Source: Octopus sinensis
Taxonomy: Eukaryota
Reading direction: 5' to 3'
Length of the DNA: 64,000 nt
Assembly: GCF_006345805.1 (NCBI RefSeq)
Contig: NC_042999.1
Span: 36,952,001-37,016,000 of the forward strand
Program-made: the position numbers and the translations under genes
Shown here: in pieces, positions 49,970-62,530 of the stretch
How positions within the stretch are numbered: position 1 is the stretch's first letter
Layout of the letters: every line of letters starts with the position of its first letter
Notes under the pieces: generated by a model
Database searches by the model: none
The model's input: the letters and a program-made list of their open reading frames with translations, nothing else
Told to the model about the DNA's origin: nothing

Positions 49970-51716
49970 TTAATGATAGCCAATAGTATTTGTGTACAGT
50001 GACACTTTCTTAATTGACATCTTACTGTATATCCTCTGAAGATGAGAGAGTCTCTATTTGGTCATTTGAAATAGCCATCAAATCTTCCTCAAACCATGCC
50101 AACTTCATAATTTTTTAAATATTAAATATGACATACTCAGTGTCTTTATCATTGTCTTAACATATCCAGCACAATATCTGGAGGTAAAAAAAAAAAATTG
50201 CTATGTTCATGACCAGAATATCTTTGACCACAGGTCTACTCATTGAGAGGTGACCTGGGGTAAAAAGTAGCTACATCAATCCTCTGATGAGATTCCAAAT
50301 TAGAGAAGTAGACTACAGAACCTGGTGTGCCAGTTCCTGTTAATCCATCCACTCCATGCCAGCATGGAAAATGGGCATTAAATGTTGATGATGATGATGA
50401 TATTAGGCTGAAGAAAAGTTAAGTTATTCTTTTGTGAAACAGAATTTGTTAATTAGATATAAGACTATTCTAATTGAGATACACAATGAAATAAGGTAAA
50501 TTAACTTCTTGGAGTGGGAAGGTTTAATACTGATCTTTGTTTCTACTTGTGTAAAGTAAGTAGTTCTAAACACTTAGTTCAAGAATAAAAACCAGTACAT
50601 TAAGTGTGCCATACAAATACATTGTCAGGGACTAAATTAATAGTAGTACTGCAGATTGTTCACACCTGTTTTAAACACATTTTGTACAAGTATGAAAAGA
50701 CATACATAGGCATGGCTGTATGGTTAATTTTCCTGTGATCAAAATTCATTTGCATGGTTTGATTCTTTGTACCTGTATTTATGCCTCATCTATAATGGGA
50801 GGTAAAAGTTTGATAAAATAAAATACCTGTCACTTCAATGAGGTTGATCTAGTTAGCTACAGTCTCTCCTAAGTTTGTGTTCCTGTGTCTATACAGAAAT
50901 GATTACTATTATTTAAGCAAAGTTGGCAGAATTGTTAGTGTGTTGGACAGAATGCTTAGTAGCATATCTTTTGGGTTTATGTTTAGAGTTCAAACGTAGC
51001 TGAGGTCGACTTTACCTTTCAGGGTTGATTAAATAAGTACCGGTTAAGCATTGAGGTTGATGTAATCAAATAGGCCCCTTTCCCATCAATTTCAGGCCTT
51101 CTGCCTAGAGTAGAAGGGATTATTACTTTGGCAGCTTGTAACATTCAGTTTTGTGACAATGGACAGGCTTGTTCTGGAGTCAACTTGTTAACTGTGCCTT
51201 TACTACAAATTCGATGTCTGTGTAAATATGAGAAAATATTGTTAAAGCAAATCAAAAGGAGAAAAAAAAAATCTTGCAAAAAAATCATAGCTGTCACTCT
51301 CTCAAGTAGATGAATTGGTAACATGTGGCACACATTTATTGTTTGGGATGCTCGTGCAGTCATGAGTTGTTTTGGACACCCTCTCAACCCTTTTCCTCTC
51401 GATCTAGCAGAACATGGAGAATGTGGCAGCTGGAGAGAGAGAGAGAGATGTGGGGTGCACCAACACTAGGTTGCTACTCGTTTTCAGCTGGACAGTTTGT
51501 AGCAATGTGAAATGAAGTGTTTGTTCAAGGACTTACAATGCTACATGGCCCAGGAATCAAACCCATGAACTTAAATTTATGAACCCAACACTTTAATCAC
51601 TCAGCCATATGCCTATTACCAGGGAATAGATTTGGTAGAAATGTAGAGTAATAACAGGGCTAAATATCTGACAGTAGTTCTTTTTGTTACTCAGCAATTT
51701 GATTTTGTGATTTTCA

Positions 51717-52012
51717 TCATCATCATCATCGTTTAACGTCCGCTTTCCATGCTAGCATGGGTTGGACCGTTCAACTGGGGTCTGGGAAGCCAGAAGGCTG
51801 CACCAGGCCCAGTCAGATCTGGCAGAGTTTCTACAGCTGGATGCTCTTCCTAACGCCAACCACTCCATGAGTGTAGTGGGTGCTTTTTACGTGCCACCTG
51901 CACAGGTGCCAAACAAGGCTGGCGAACGGCCATGCTCGGATGGTGCTTTTTACGTGCCACCGGCACGGAGGCGAGGCGAGGCTGGTGAACGGCCACGATC
52001 GGATGGTGTTTG
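51717..52012 (-). mobile_element. RTE family B 3' end
   Basis: (CAT)n tail plus the family-B 3' UTR. Confidence 0.88.
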
Positions 52013-52125
52013 TTACAAGAAATTGCTCTTACTGCTTTGGAATTGCCAACTGTTAAGTAGGCTAATGCAATAGATTTATTTTGTTATATCTTGGGTGGGT
52101 TATTGAATATACTTTCACTCTTTAA

Positions 52126-52345
52126 CCCTTTTGTTACCAACCCGGCTGAAACCAGCTCTGGATCTGAGTACAAATGTCTTGTTTTCATAAGTTCTGAATT
52201 AAAATCGTCCACCAAACCTTAGTCACAATTTATGTTGCTAACACTAGCTGAATGATAACTAAGTTATTTTACTAAATTCTTTGTTATATCTAAAGTAATT
52301 GAAAGAAACACAGAGCATCTCAAAATAAATACAGTAATGAAAGGG
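52126..52345. mobile_element. piggyBac-type MITE, followed directly by a second decayed MITE (to about 52534)
   Basis: TTAA|CCCTTTTG...GAAAGGG|TTAA; the second element ends in AGAAGGG|TTAA. Confidence 0.8.
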
Positions 52346-53417
52346 TTAACATGTAAACCAGCATGTTTTATGTTCCAACTGACCAGATTCAGCCTCTCAT
52401 ACCCATCCAGTGTCATTCTAAAAATAAACAATCACATCGTTGAAATTTTGAAACTGTGAAAGTATGCATAATTAGTTGAAAACAATGTAAACAAATAAGC
52501 ATTACACTTGACTGTAATCTGATTGCTAGAAGGGTTAACAAAACCAACAACCAAAGATACTGAAGACAATTCTTGACTATCTAAAGAAGTCAGAAAATGT
52601 ATTAATGTTAAGTTTTGGTTAAAGATTCTAAGGGAAGGGTGGGTGTGTCAAGCTATTGGATCATTCAGAGAATGCTGAGTTGGGTTGATGAACAATTCCT
52701 GAACACTCTTGAATCTTATGAAGGGGTCATAGGTTGTCATATTCTTGGTTGTTCCTTGTGCATCTTGGATTTGTCAAATAAAGCAGATTGAAGAATACAA
52801 AACCAAAAGATAAACACACACGTGCATGCGTGTGTTGGTGTGTTGTTAGATGAAATAGTTACAACTTGTATTATTAATACTATGAACAAAGCTCTTTGTT
52901 GGAAACTTAGTTTTTGTACTTCATTGTATGAAAACTTAGTCTCTACTTCTATCTCACAGCGTGTTAGTTTCTCTTGATTTCTGTCTCACAAGTTTGTCTC
53001 TTCTTTATTCTGTCTCATAACAGGTTTGCCTCTACTCTTGTTCACAATTTAGTTTCTTTCAGTCTTGCTGCAAGTTTGTCACTGTCCTCTCTCACAAACA
53101 AATTAGCCTCATGACAAATAAGTCTCACTTCTCTTTCACAAGCTATTCTCTCTATTCTATCTCACAGTTTTCCTGTTCTGTCTGAACAATTCTATTCTGT
53201 TCCTCAACCAGTTAGTCTTTTTATTCTGTCTCTCAATAAGTTAGACTCTTCCCTCTCACAAATCATTTTCACTCTATTCTGTCTCACACAAATCTCTTCT
53301 TCGGCACACCACAACATGCACTTTTTTTTTTATTGCTCCAGCCTACTTTATGCTGTAAATTATTTCTAACCTGCCAATTTTAGTTTAGCCTCATGTCAGT
53401 TATGACTTCAGCATATA

Positions 53418-53900
53418 CTGTGAAGAAGGCTGGAGTATACAGTCAAAATGTAGTGAAGGCAACAATAAAAATAAGGGCATCACTCCAACTAAATACATAA
53501 TATAAATTTTTCATCTCAGAAATATAGAATTGTAACATCCAATGGGTATGGAACTGACATAAGGACATTATTCTGCGAAGAATACTGTCAAAATGTAGTG
53601 AAAACAACTATCAAGATGAGGACATCACTCCAACTAAATACATATGAATTCTTCTCAGAAAATCCAATTGATATGAAGCCGACATAGGATGTTTATAAGC
53701 CTTAAAAATTCACTCTGACACTGCCTATAGTCATGCACTAGTGGATAGTTGAAATGTAGTGCAGTGTCCAAGACTCTGAGTTCAATCCTAGGCATGACAC
53801 CAAGGTGAATCACAAGACATCTGAGGAAGGCTGGAGCGTACACAGCCGAAACGTAATGAAAGCAGCAACCAAGATGACCCCACTGCAACTATGTCCCTTT
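53418..53900 (+). repeat. Three decayed tandem copies of a hammerhead-type retroelement tail
   Basis: Related motifs at about 53421, 53576 and 53821 (GAAGAAGGCTGG..CAGTCAAAATGTAGTGA / ..AAGATGAGGAC..CACTCCAACT). Confidence 0.7.
53818..53858 (+). ncRNA. Minimal (dimer-type) hammerhead ribozyme motif
   Basis: CAT-CTGAGGA-A-GGCTG-GAGCGTACA-CAGCC-GAAA-C-GTA-ATG: 3-bp stem I, intact core plus the extra A typical of Penelope hammerheads, 5-bp stem II, palindromic ACGT stem III, GUA triplet. Confidence 0.65.
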
Positions 53901-54164
53901 TGTCTAGCATACAAAAACGTATTTATACTTAGGAACTTATCAAAATGTTAATAAATTTTCATTTTTATAATGTGTAGTTAAGAAACTTGCTTTCAACTAC
54001 ATGATTTTATGTTCAGTCCCACCATGTGCCTTTTTGGGGTCTTCCACTGTTGTTCTGGGCTAACCAATACCTTATGAGTGGATTTGGTAGACGGAAACTG
54101 TCTGGAAGCCCGTTTTGTATGTGTGTGTATACGCATATACACACAGAGAAGTTTTAAGGCCGGT

Positions 54165-54345
54165 TCCAGTGGTGGCGTCATATAAAAGAGCCCGTGCAGT
54201 GCTACATAAAAGCACCTGCCACACTTCGTAAAATGGTTGGCGTTTGGAAGGGCATCCGGCTGTAGAAACCATGCCAAATCAGACTGCCAGTTCTGGTCGA
54301 ACCGTCCAACCCATGCCAGCATGGACAATGGATGTTAAATGATGA
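54165..54345 (+). mobile_element. RTE family B 3' end (older)
   Basis: GGAAGGGCATCCGGCTGTAGAAACC...CCATGCCAGCATGG...GATGTTAAATGATGA. Confidence 0.7.
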
Positions 54346-56154
54346 TTTTACACACACACATAAATGTTTGTGTTTGTCAAGTTCCCCCCTCCATTGCTTA
54401 ACAACTGGTGTTAGTTTGTTTATGTCCACGCGGGGCAAAAAAAACTGTAATTACCAGACTTACTATAAGCACTGAGGTCAGTTTGTTCAACTAGACTCTT
54501 CAAGGCGATGCTCCAGCAGAGCCGCAGTCAAATGACTGAAACACGTAAGCGATGAATGGATATAAGCTCCTATTATTGATTGTTCAATACTGATATTAAG
54601 ATATGTTAATATTGAATAGGCTATTACAAAACAACTAAATAAATTGAGGTAAATTTTAACCAACGTCTCGCATAGCTGTTGTCGTTTAGCTTCAGCCATC
54701 CCATATGTGACCATCCCGCCTTGTTTTTCAGACTCAAACACACCGTATCTCTGACTACATAATATATTATATCAGTTCCTTATTCCTTCTGTTTTTGTTT
54801 TTTTTGCAAAAGGAGAAAGATTTAGCTGCTGTTTCTAGCTAGTTGAACGAACATATGGAGGCTCAGGCACTGGTTCAAAAGTCAGTTCACGGAGAGCAAA
54901 ATTTGGTGTGGAAACTTCATATATTAGCTGCACTTGTTATTCGTAGATGTTTGTTGTGTCGTATTAGTAAAAGAGAGTAGAGATACGGTAAAATTGATTG
55001 ATTGGTTGATTAATCAGCCCCATAAATTAAAGGCATATATGTAGCTAGCTGCCTTATGTTCTGGTAGAGTGCATCTCAGACTACATTATTCAAGGAGTCC
55101 AATTTTTAAAAATATGGCTGGGTAGATTCGAAGGAGATTTGGCTGCTATTTCTAACAGATCGAACCACTGCACAGAGCCCTTCTCTTTCACTCGGCTATT
55201 AATGTGTTTTGTCTTATTTTGCTCGCTGCACGGCGAGTTGGCAGAATCGTTAGTGTATCGGACGAAAATGCTTAGCGGCATTTCCCTTGATTTTACTTAT
55301 GTTCTGAGTTCAGATTCCGCCTAGATCAAATTTGTTTTCATCCATCAGTAGGGCAATTAATTAATTGACTAATCAACTACAATTTTCTGAGATTAGGATA
55401 TTCCTCTCCTCCGTGTCTCTTTTCAAAAATTAACTGCTAAAAATAGCAAACTATTGTGTAAACACCTCACCCATCCATCCATCCATCCATCCATCCATCC
55501 ATTCATTCATTCACGCATTTGAATTATTAATGTTGTGTTTATTGTTGTGCAAAAACCCAAACAAAGCCATTTCAAATGAATAATAATAAAATAAACATTT
55601 CACATTTTGTGATCGTAGAATATCTAACTCCCTCTGCCACCCCTTTATAATCCATTGCTGCTGCTACTGCTGCTTCCTCTGTATTTTTTTTTTTTTTTTT
55701 AACATCTAGAAAAACTACTACTACTACTACTACTACGTCGTCATCATCATCATCATTGATTATCAATTAACCATTTCTCTTCTCTTCTCTCTCTCCCTCC
55801 TATCTGTTGCTATTGGCTGACTATACTGGTGGCCTGACCTGCTGCCGCTGCTGGTACGCATGCACCGAACACATTGCAAAATAAACTGATTAACCCGACT
55901 TTCAGTTGTTGGAAATCCAGACATGTCTTCTTAGTTCCCTCCTTTTAATTTACTACAGAAGCAAATTTGACTGCTATCGCTTGTTGGTTGGTTGGTTACT
56001 GTGGTAACAAACCCTCAGTTAGTGAAATGATGAAAAATGATGATGATGATAATAAAATTACGAACCTATTTCAAGGCCATAATATACTACACAACACGCC
56101 CCTCCTCTCCAACTCTTTTGTATCCTTGTTGAACCTTTGATATTTTTGATGATA

Positions 56155-56198
56155 ATATATATATATATACATACATACATACATACATATATATATAC

Positions 56199-56261
<63 letters not shown>

Positions 56262-56270
56262 CATATATAC

Positions 56271-56335
<65 letters not shown>

Positions 56336-56358
56336 CATATATATATATATATACATAC

Positions 56359-56456
<98 letters not shown>

Positions 56457-56631
56457 GATAAGTGGTATAAGAAGGCACCAATATTTTCTGGAAAATAGCA
56501 ATCGATACAAATACGATGCTATCGTATATTTGGTGCCTTCTTGTACCACTTATCTGTATTTATATGTATAATTCTACCCTTATTGGGCTTTATTTTACTG
56601 GAAAGTAATACATTTGTATTACAATATTATG

Positions 56632-56679
<48 letters not shown>

Positions 56680-56940
56680 CATGTACGCTCGTATCTTGTT
56701 ATTTTGTCAAAGCTAGAATATCTATTTTTAGCTCTTCGCTACAGCAAGCATCTTGTTTACTCTGTGGGTATATGCATGAAATGTGTTCATTGTTAAGAGG
56801 AAGAAGAGAAAAAAAAGTGTTTAAAAACTATGGAATAAATTATTACTCGATGTGGAAAACAAATAGTGTGGGGGAGTGAAAACATTGATGGAATTTCTCT
56901 TTTTGGAAGAAGAATGCCTCATTACTACTACTACTACTAT

Positions 56941-56976
<36 letters not shown>

Positions 56977-57039
56977 CACTACTACTACTACTACCACCAC
57001 CACCGCCATTACTACTACTACTACAACAACAACAACAAA
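56155..57039. repeat. (TA)/(TACA)n tracts (56155-56455, 56635-56677) and a compound (TAC)n(CAC)n(AAC)n triplet run (about 56921-57039)
   Basis: Directly visible simple repeats. Confidence 0.9.
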
Positions 57040-60000
57040 AACTTGTGCTTAGTGTGTAATTTACTATTTTGACATTTGAATCTTATATCCAAAACGAAAC
57101 TAAGGAATAAGCTAACAATTTTTAAAATTTCCTATCAGATGTAAAAAAAACAACAACAAAAAAACCCCCTCCAAAACGAGTGTTCTCAAAATATGCTACT
57201 TGAAAATCAGCTATAGAAATTTAGTCAACTAATTTCAGTTGCATCTTTTTTTTTTAATACTCTCTTATAACTTCTCTGTGAGGAAAGCCTTTTTAAAGCT
57301 GTTTTGGTTTTTTCCTTACTAAATTAGGTTAATTTAAAACAGGATAACCATGGATAGCCCGTTTTGGCTGTAGATCAATTACGTTATATGTATTACTCCA
57401 GGCCTGGCACCCTATGGCCGTGAACAAAAGTCATGACAGAAAATTATGAAAGAAATTCTGTGTTTATTCTCAGGATACATTATAACATAGTAGACTAAAG
57501 ATTTCGTTATAATATGTAAACAAATATTAAAATAATAGTAAACAAGAGCATCAAATTGAAAAAAGGTGAATGAACAGCCTCCTCCCTTCCCCCCTTCCCT
57601 ACATCCATATTCTACAAACCCAATACTACCCAGTTGACTTGTTCAAAACTGCTGAAAGAATTCCGCCTTTCCACCTCTTTACATGCATCTGGTTTTGCTT
57701 TTCATCTAAGACATATGATATGCTTACACATCAAGCAGCCCTCATCATCAAGCCATGCCTACTGAATCTTGGCTGTTCTACTATCCTTACACCACCTAAT
57801 TCCCATCATAATGTTGGCTTTATATTAAATTTTTATACAGCAGTTAGTAGTTAAAAACTGTCTCTTTTTCAATGATGTACAGGCAAAAAAATAAGTTTAA
57901 CAAGATACTGCTGTCATTGTCTTCATTGTCAGTGTGATCTTAAACCTTCCTCTCATCAGAGTGTACCAGAGGAAAATAATTTATTGGTTGGATATAACCC
58001 ATGTTTACTTAGAGAAGGAGACCTATCCTGATAGTCCGTCTAGCAACTCAAGTTTATTTATTTTACATATAAATGGTGGCTAACTTTTACTTATTTGCCC
58101 TCCTAGTGTGGCTCTGTAACATTTTGTTTTATATATTATTAAATTTTATCTTGGATTTTCTGCTATATTTTATATTTTTAAGAAGAGTTGAATAATAGCT
58201 GTGGTTTCCACAACTTAAGATAAGCCTAATTCACTGGTTCAAGGTTATTAATACACTATTTTCTTTATTTAAAAAAACTGAACTTAATCAGTGTTTTTTA
58301 TATTCATAAATCCGTAGCTTATAGTGTTATGAAAAATTAATGTTAAAATTCGTTTTGGAAATGTCTTTTTAATGAATTTATTGGAACTTTATATTCAAGT
58401 AGGTTCATTCCCAATGTGTTTCACCTTGGGCAAATGCCTTCTACTATAATCTTGGGTCAACCAAAGCCTTGGGAGAGGATTTGGTGGATGGAAAATGAAA
58501 GAAGCCAGTTGCGCGCGCACACACTTACACACACCTCTGTGTGTCTTTGTTTTTCACCACTCATTGACAACCAGTGTTGGTGTGTTTACATCCCAGTAAC
58601 TTTGTTGTTTGGCAAAAAAACAAAAACAAAAAAAAAAACTGGTAGAATAAGTACCAGACTTACAAAAAATACAGGTGTCAATTCGTTTGACTAATATGCT
58701 TCAAGGTAGTGCCCCAGCATGTCTGCAGTCTAATGACTGAAGCAAGTAAAAGATAAAGTATTTTGTAAATATTTTTTTCACTGCTTAGACTGACTGAAAT
58801 TATAAAAGTTTTGTTTATGAGACACAAGATTTTCTGTTATGTTAGACTAAATATTTTATTATTCTTAAATGAATAACTATTATGGACTGAATCATTGAAG
58901 TTTACCGACATTTATTTATTCAATTTACTTGGTTGAAAAATTAATATCCACATTCCTGTTGCATATTTAAATAGTCAATTCATGGTTTATTTACAATCCA
59001 ATTAGCCAAACAATCAGTAACATTCCTGCTATATTGTGCAGCTATTAGTGTTTTGGTGACATTAATCTATTAAACATCTTGCCAGAGAGATTTTGTAAAT
59101 GTAGGAATTGAAACTTGGATGCAATCCTCATTATTGTCATCATCATCATTGTTATTTTAACATCTATTTTTCCATGTATGCAGGGGTCCGATGCAGACCA
59201 TTGAGGGAGATTTTCTATGACTGGGTGCTCTTTCTGCTCCCAATCCACACTTGTTTCTAAGCCAAATATTTTCCAGTGGTCAGACAGGTTTTCACGGGAG
59301 ATTGAAAATGAAATAACATTACTTGTATAATAGTGACATGTGATGGTAAGGCAAGAGGACACAAACACACACACACACACCCCACAGGTTTTTTCCCCCA
59401 GTTTCCACTTATCAAATGATGTTACAGTGGATGACTCTTGCTCAAGGTACTATGAGTGGCTGCGAAGCAAATTTCTTAATCAGAGAGAGAGTAATGTAAT
59501 TTATATTTACACTTCATGTATGTGTCACTGTAAACATTGGTTTATAAAGATATTTCAGAAATGTCTTTTATAAGTTTCCATTTCAGTTTTAAGTCAGTTA
59601 ACTTAGAACAGTAACATTTGTTTTTATAAAGAAAGTTCGGAAGTATTTTGAATTTTTAAAAAGAAACTTCTTTCTATTTCATGTTGCCACACAGTATGAA
59701 ATCGTGGTATTTTGAGTGTTGTATTTGGTGACTTGATCTGAAATAGTGTGTTGAAATAGTTATAATGACATTGCTGAAGACTGTGTTAAAAGTATCACAG
59801 TTATATCTTGGAAGAGATATGATACACTCAAAGCCTCACTGAAGTGCTTTCAGACCAACCCCAGCACCAGTGTTGATCTGAGCATGCACTGGCCTGATTG
59901 GTTACAGCCAGATGTTTCATGGACCATTTTCTTTTCCCATGCGATGTCTTTGTCATCATCAACAGCGATGGACGAACATTATTATACTGCTAGATTACAA

Positions 60001-62042
60001 TAGCTCTTAAAGGAGGCATTATTACTGCCATTTAAAACGCATATATTGTTACAGGCCCAGGTTAAGAAGTTTGCTTCCCAATCTTGAGTGTCTTCCACTA
60101 TAGTCCCCTGCTGATCAAAGCCTTGTAAATGGATTTGCTTGATGGAAGCTGAAAGAAGTCCATCTTTGTGTGTGTGTGTGTTTATACACTCGTGTCCTGA
60201 CTTCATGCAATTGTTAGGGCATCACAGTTATACCAGCAATGTTGTTTGTTTCCCTTCTTCCTTGGAAAAATATATTTGGCTATGGGAAATATTGCCTTGC
60301 ATAGAAACAAGTGGTGGTTGGTGACAGGAAGTGCTTTCAGCCATAGAAAATCTGCCTCTGCAAATTCCATCTGACTTCTGGAAGCATGGAATAGTAGACA
60401 ATAAATGATAACGATGATGATTTTAAACTATAAGGTGTTAAATGAGATACAGAGGAAATGTGTCAGAGAATAGGTTGGAGATGTGCAACAAAATCATTTA
60501 ACACTATAACACATAATACTATTACAATATAAGACGAAAGTGAATATAATGGTTTTATATGATACATGACATCCTGTATAGATGTGGTATGACCAAATAG
60601 TTAAGAAGTTCACTTTGTTATCACAAACTTTTCTGTTCTGAGTGGCATCTTGGAGATGGTTTGACAGGAGCTGGCCAAGTAGAAGACTACACCAAGCTTC
60701 TGTGTCTGTTTCGGTATGGTTTTTATGGCTGGATGCCCTTCCAAATGTCAACCACCCTGTAGAGTGAACTGAGTGCTTTTTACGTGGCACCAGCACTGAT
60801 AAAGTCACTTTTGGTTCAGATGCTCTTCTAAATGCCAACCACTTCACAGTGTGGACCGAGTGCTTTTTATGTGGCACCAGCACTAGCAGGGTCACAAAGT
60901 AACTTGCAAGACAAGGAATTTTTGAGAGTGGAGGGGGCATTGGAGGAAATCATCTTGTGTCAGATGATGAAAGATTAGAGTGTGACAGAGATACCTAGGA
61001 TAAAATTGGATTGATGGATACTGTAAAGAAATCCACCAGGTGGATTCTGTATGTAATTCCAAAGGTAAAGGTTTGTTACATTGTGTCATGTTGATTCTAC
61101 CTAAGAACGTGTCTGTGAATTGCTAGCTGCTTATATGTTAAACCCGGCAGCAGATGATTCAGTTGATTGAACTGAATTCTCATTGTTGAACAATAGAGAT
61201 CCTTCTGTCACCATCACCTCCCACCACTGCCCTCTAAGCATGGCTGTGTAGTTAAAAAAAAAACCCCCAAAATTGCCAAGTAACTATGTGGCTTTAAATT
61301 TGTTCTTACAATGTGGAACTATAAGCCAGTGTCTTCTGTCATAGTTTCATGTTGACCAAATCTTTGTGAATGAAATTTGATAGACTGAAACTGTATGGAA
61401 ACTTCATTGAAAGAACTGCTTCTGTTCTTGTTCTTTGGTGGTAAACTTATCCATTTCCCTGTTTAACTCAACCACCTTGACCCATGGGTTACTTTAGTGT
61501 AGTCCCCTCTACCACTCTATTGAAAGCATTTGATCCAGGACTTTGGCTTGAGGATTAACTTGCTCCTACCAGTCATAGTTTGTTACTCTTCCCCCCACTG
61601 GCTCATATATAAAATGCCTTGCACTACCTGTCATGTTTGATATTTTATCATTTTTGAAGATCTTTAAAATCTACAGAAAATTTAATGTGACAATTTTGTT
61701 CTGTTGCTTGTCTGTCTCTCAGCCTCATCTTGAATGATAATTATGTAGATGACAGATGTCTTGTTATAAAGGAAAGAGAATTGATTTTAATGGCTAATTA
61801 AATCAATTAATTGGTATACAGATTAAATTATTACCCCAAAATTTGTTGATGTAATTTTCCTATAACATTTTGTTTTTCTCAAGATTTCTTGTTTTGAAAT
61901 GATTTAAATTTTTAAAGTTGACAATGAAGATTTCTACATGTGCGTGTACACAAATAGACACACACACCTCTTTAAATAGCCCTTTGAAAATGAGTTTTGT
62001 ATTATTCATCTCAAAATATGCTCTGTTTTTTTATTTTTGTAG

Positions 62043-62175
62043 TGAACCATACTGATACTATGGACATTGATGGCACCCTGGAAATTCCCAGCAGTAAAGC
62101 TACTGTATTAAGGGGACATGAATCAGAGGTGTTCATATGTGCATGGAACCCTACAAATGACCTGTTAGCCTCTGG
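62043..62175 (+). CDS. TBL1XR1: TBL1 orthologue coding exon 4 (start of the WD40 propeller); the gene continues beyond the window
   Basis: (V)[44 protein letters not shown] (human [44 protein letters not shown]); AG at 62041-62042, GTAAG at 62176; 133 nt, phase 1 to phase 2. Confidence 0.97.
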
Positions 62176-62310
62176 GTAAGTATCCTAAACCAGAATTTTT
62201 TTTTGTTACATAATTACACACACACACAATGGCAGTAACTTGATTCTGAACAACGCTGTCTCTTTAGTGTTTTTTTAAAGCAGCATGGATGTGGTATTTC
62301 AGTCCTATAT

Positions 62311-62530
62311 ACGGTGAGCTGGCAGAAACGTTAGCACACCGGGCGAAATGCTTAGCAGTATTTCGTCTGCCGCTACGGTCTGAGTTCAAATTCAGCTGAC
62401 GTCGGCTTTGCCTTTCATCCTTTCGGGGCCGATTAAATAAGTTATGCACTGGGGTCAATGTAATCGACTTAATCCGTTCGTCCTTGTTTCTCCTCTCTGT
62501 GTTTAGCCCCTTGTGGGTAGTAAAGAAATA
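62311..62530 (+). mobile_element. SINE family C with a 14-bp TSD
   Basis: GGTATTTCAGTCCT at 62293-62306 and 62531-62544. Confidence 0.88.

Noticed and set aside
56058-57072. Poly-Tyr/His/Val and YI-repeat ORFs
   Set aside because: They are (TA)n and (TAC)n/(CAC)n simple repeats with no splice or homology support.
61997-62042. N-terminal part of ORF 61997-62179, and the C-terminal part of ORF 48172-48357
   Set aside because: These are intronic extensions beyond the splice sites; only the exon portions match TBL1.
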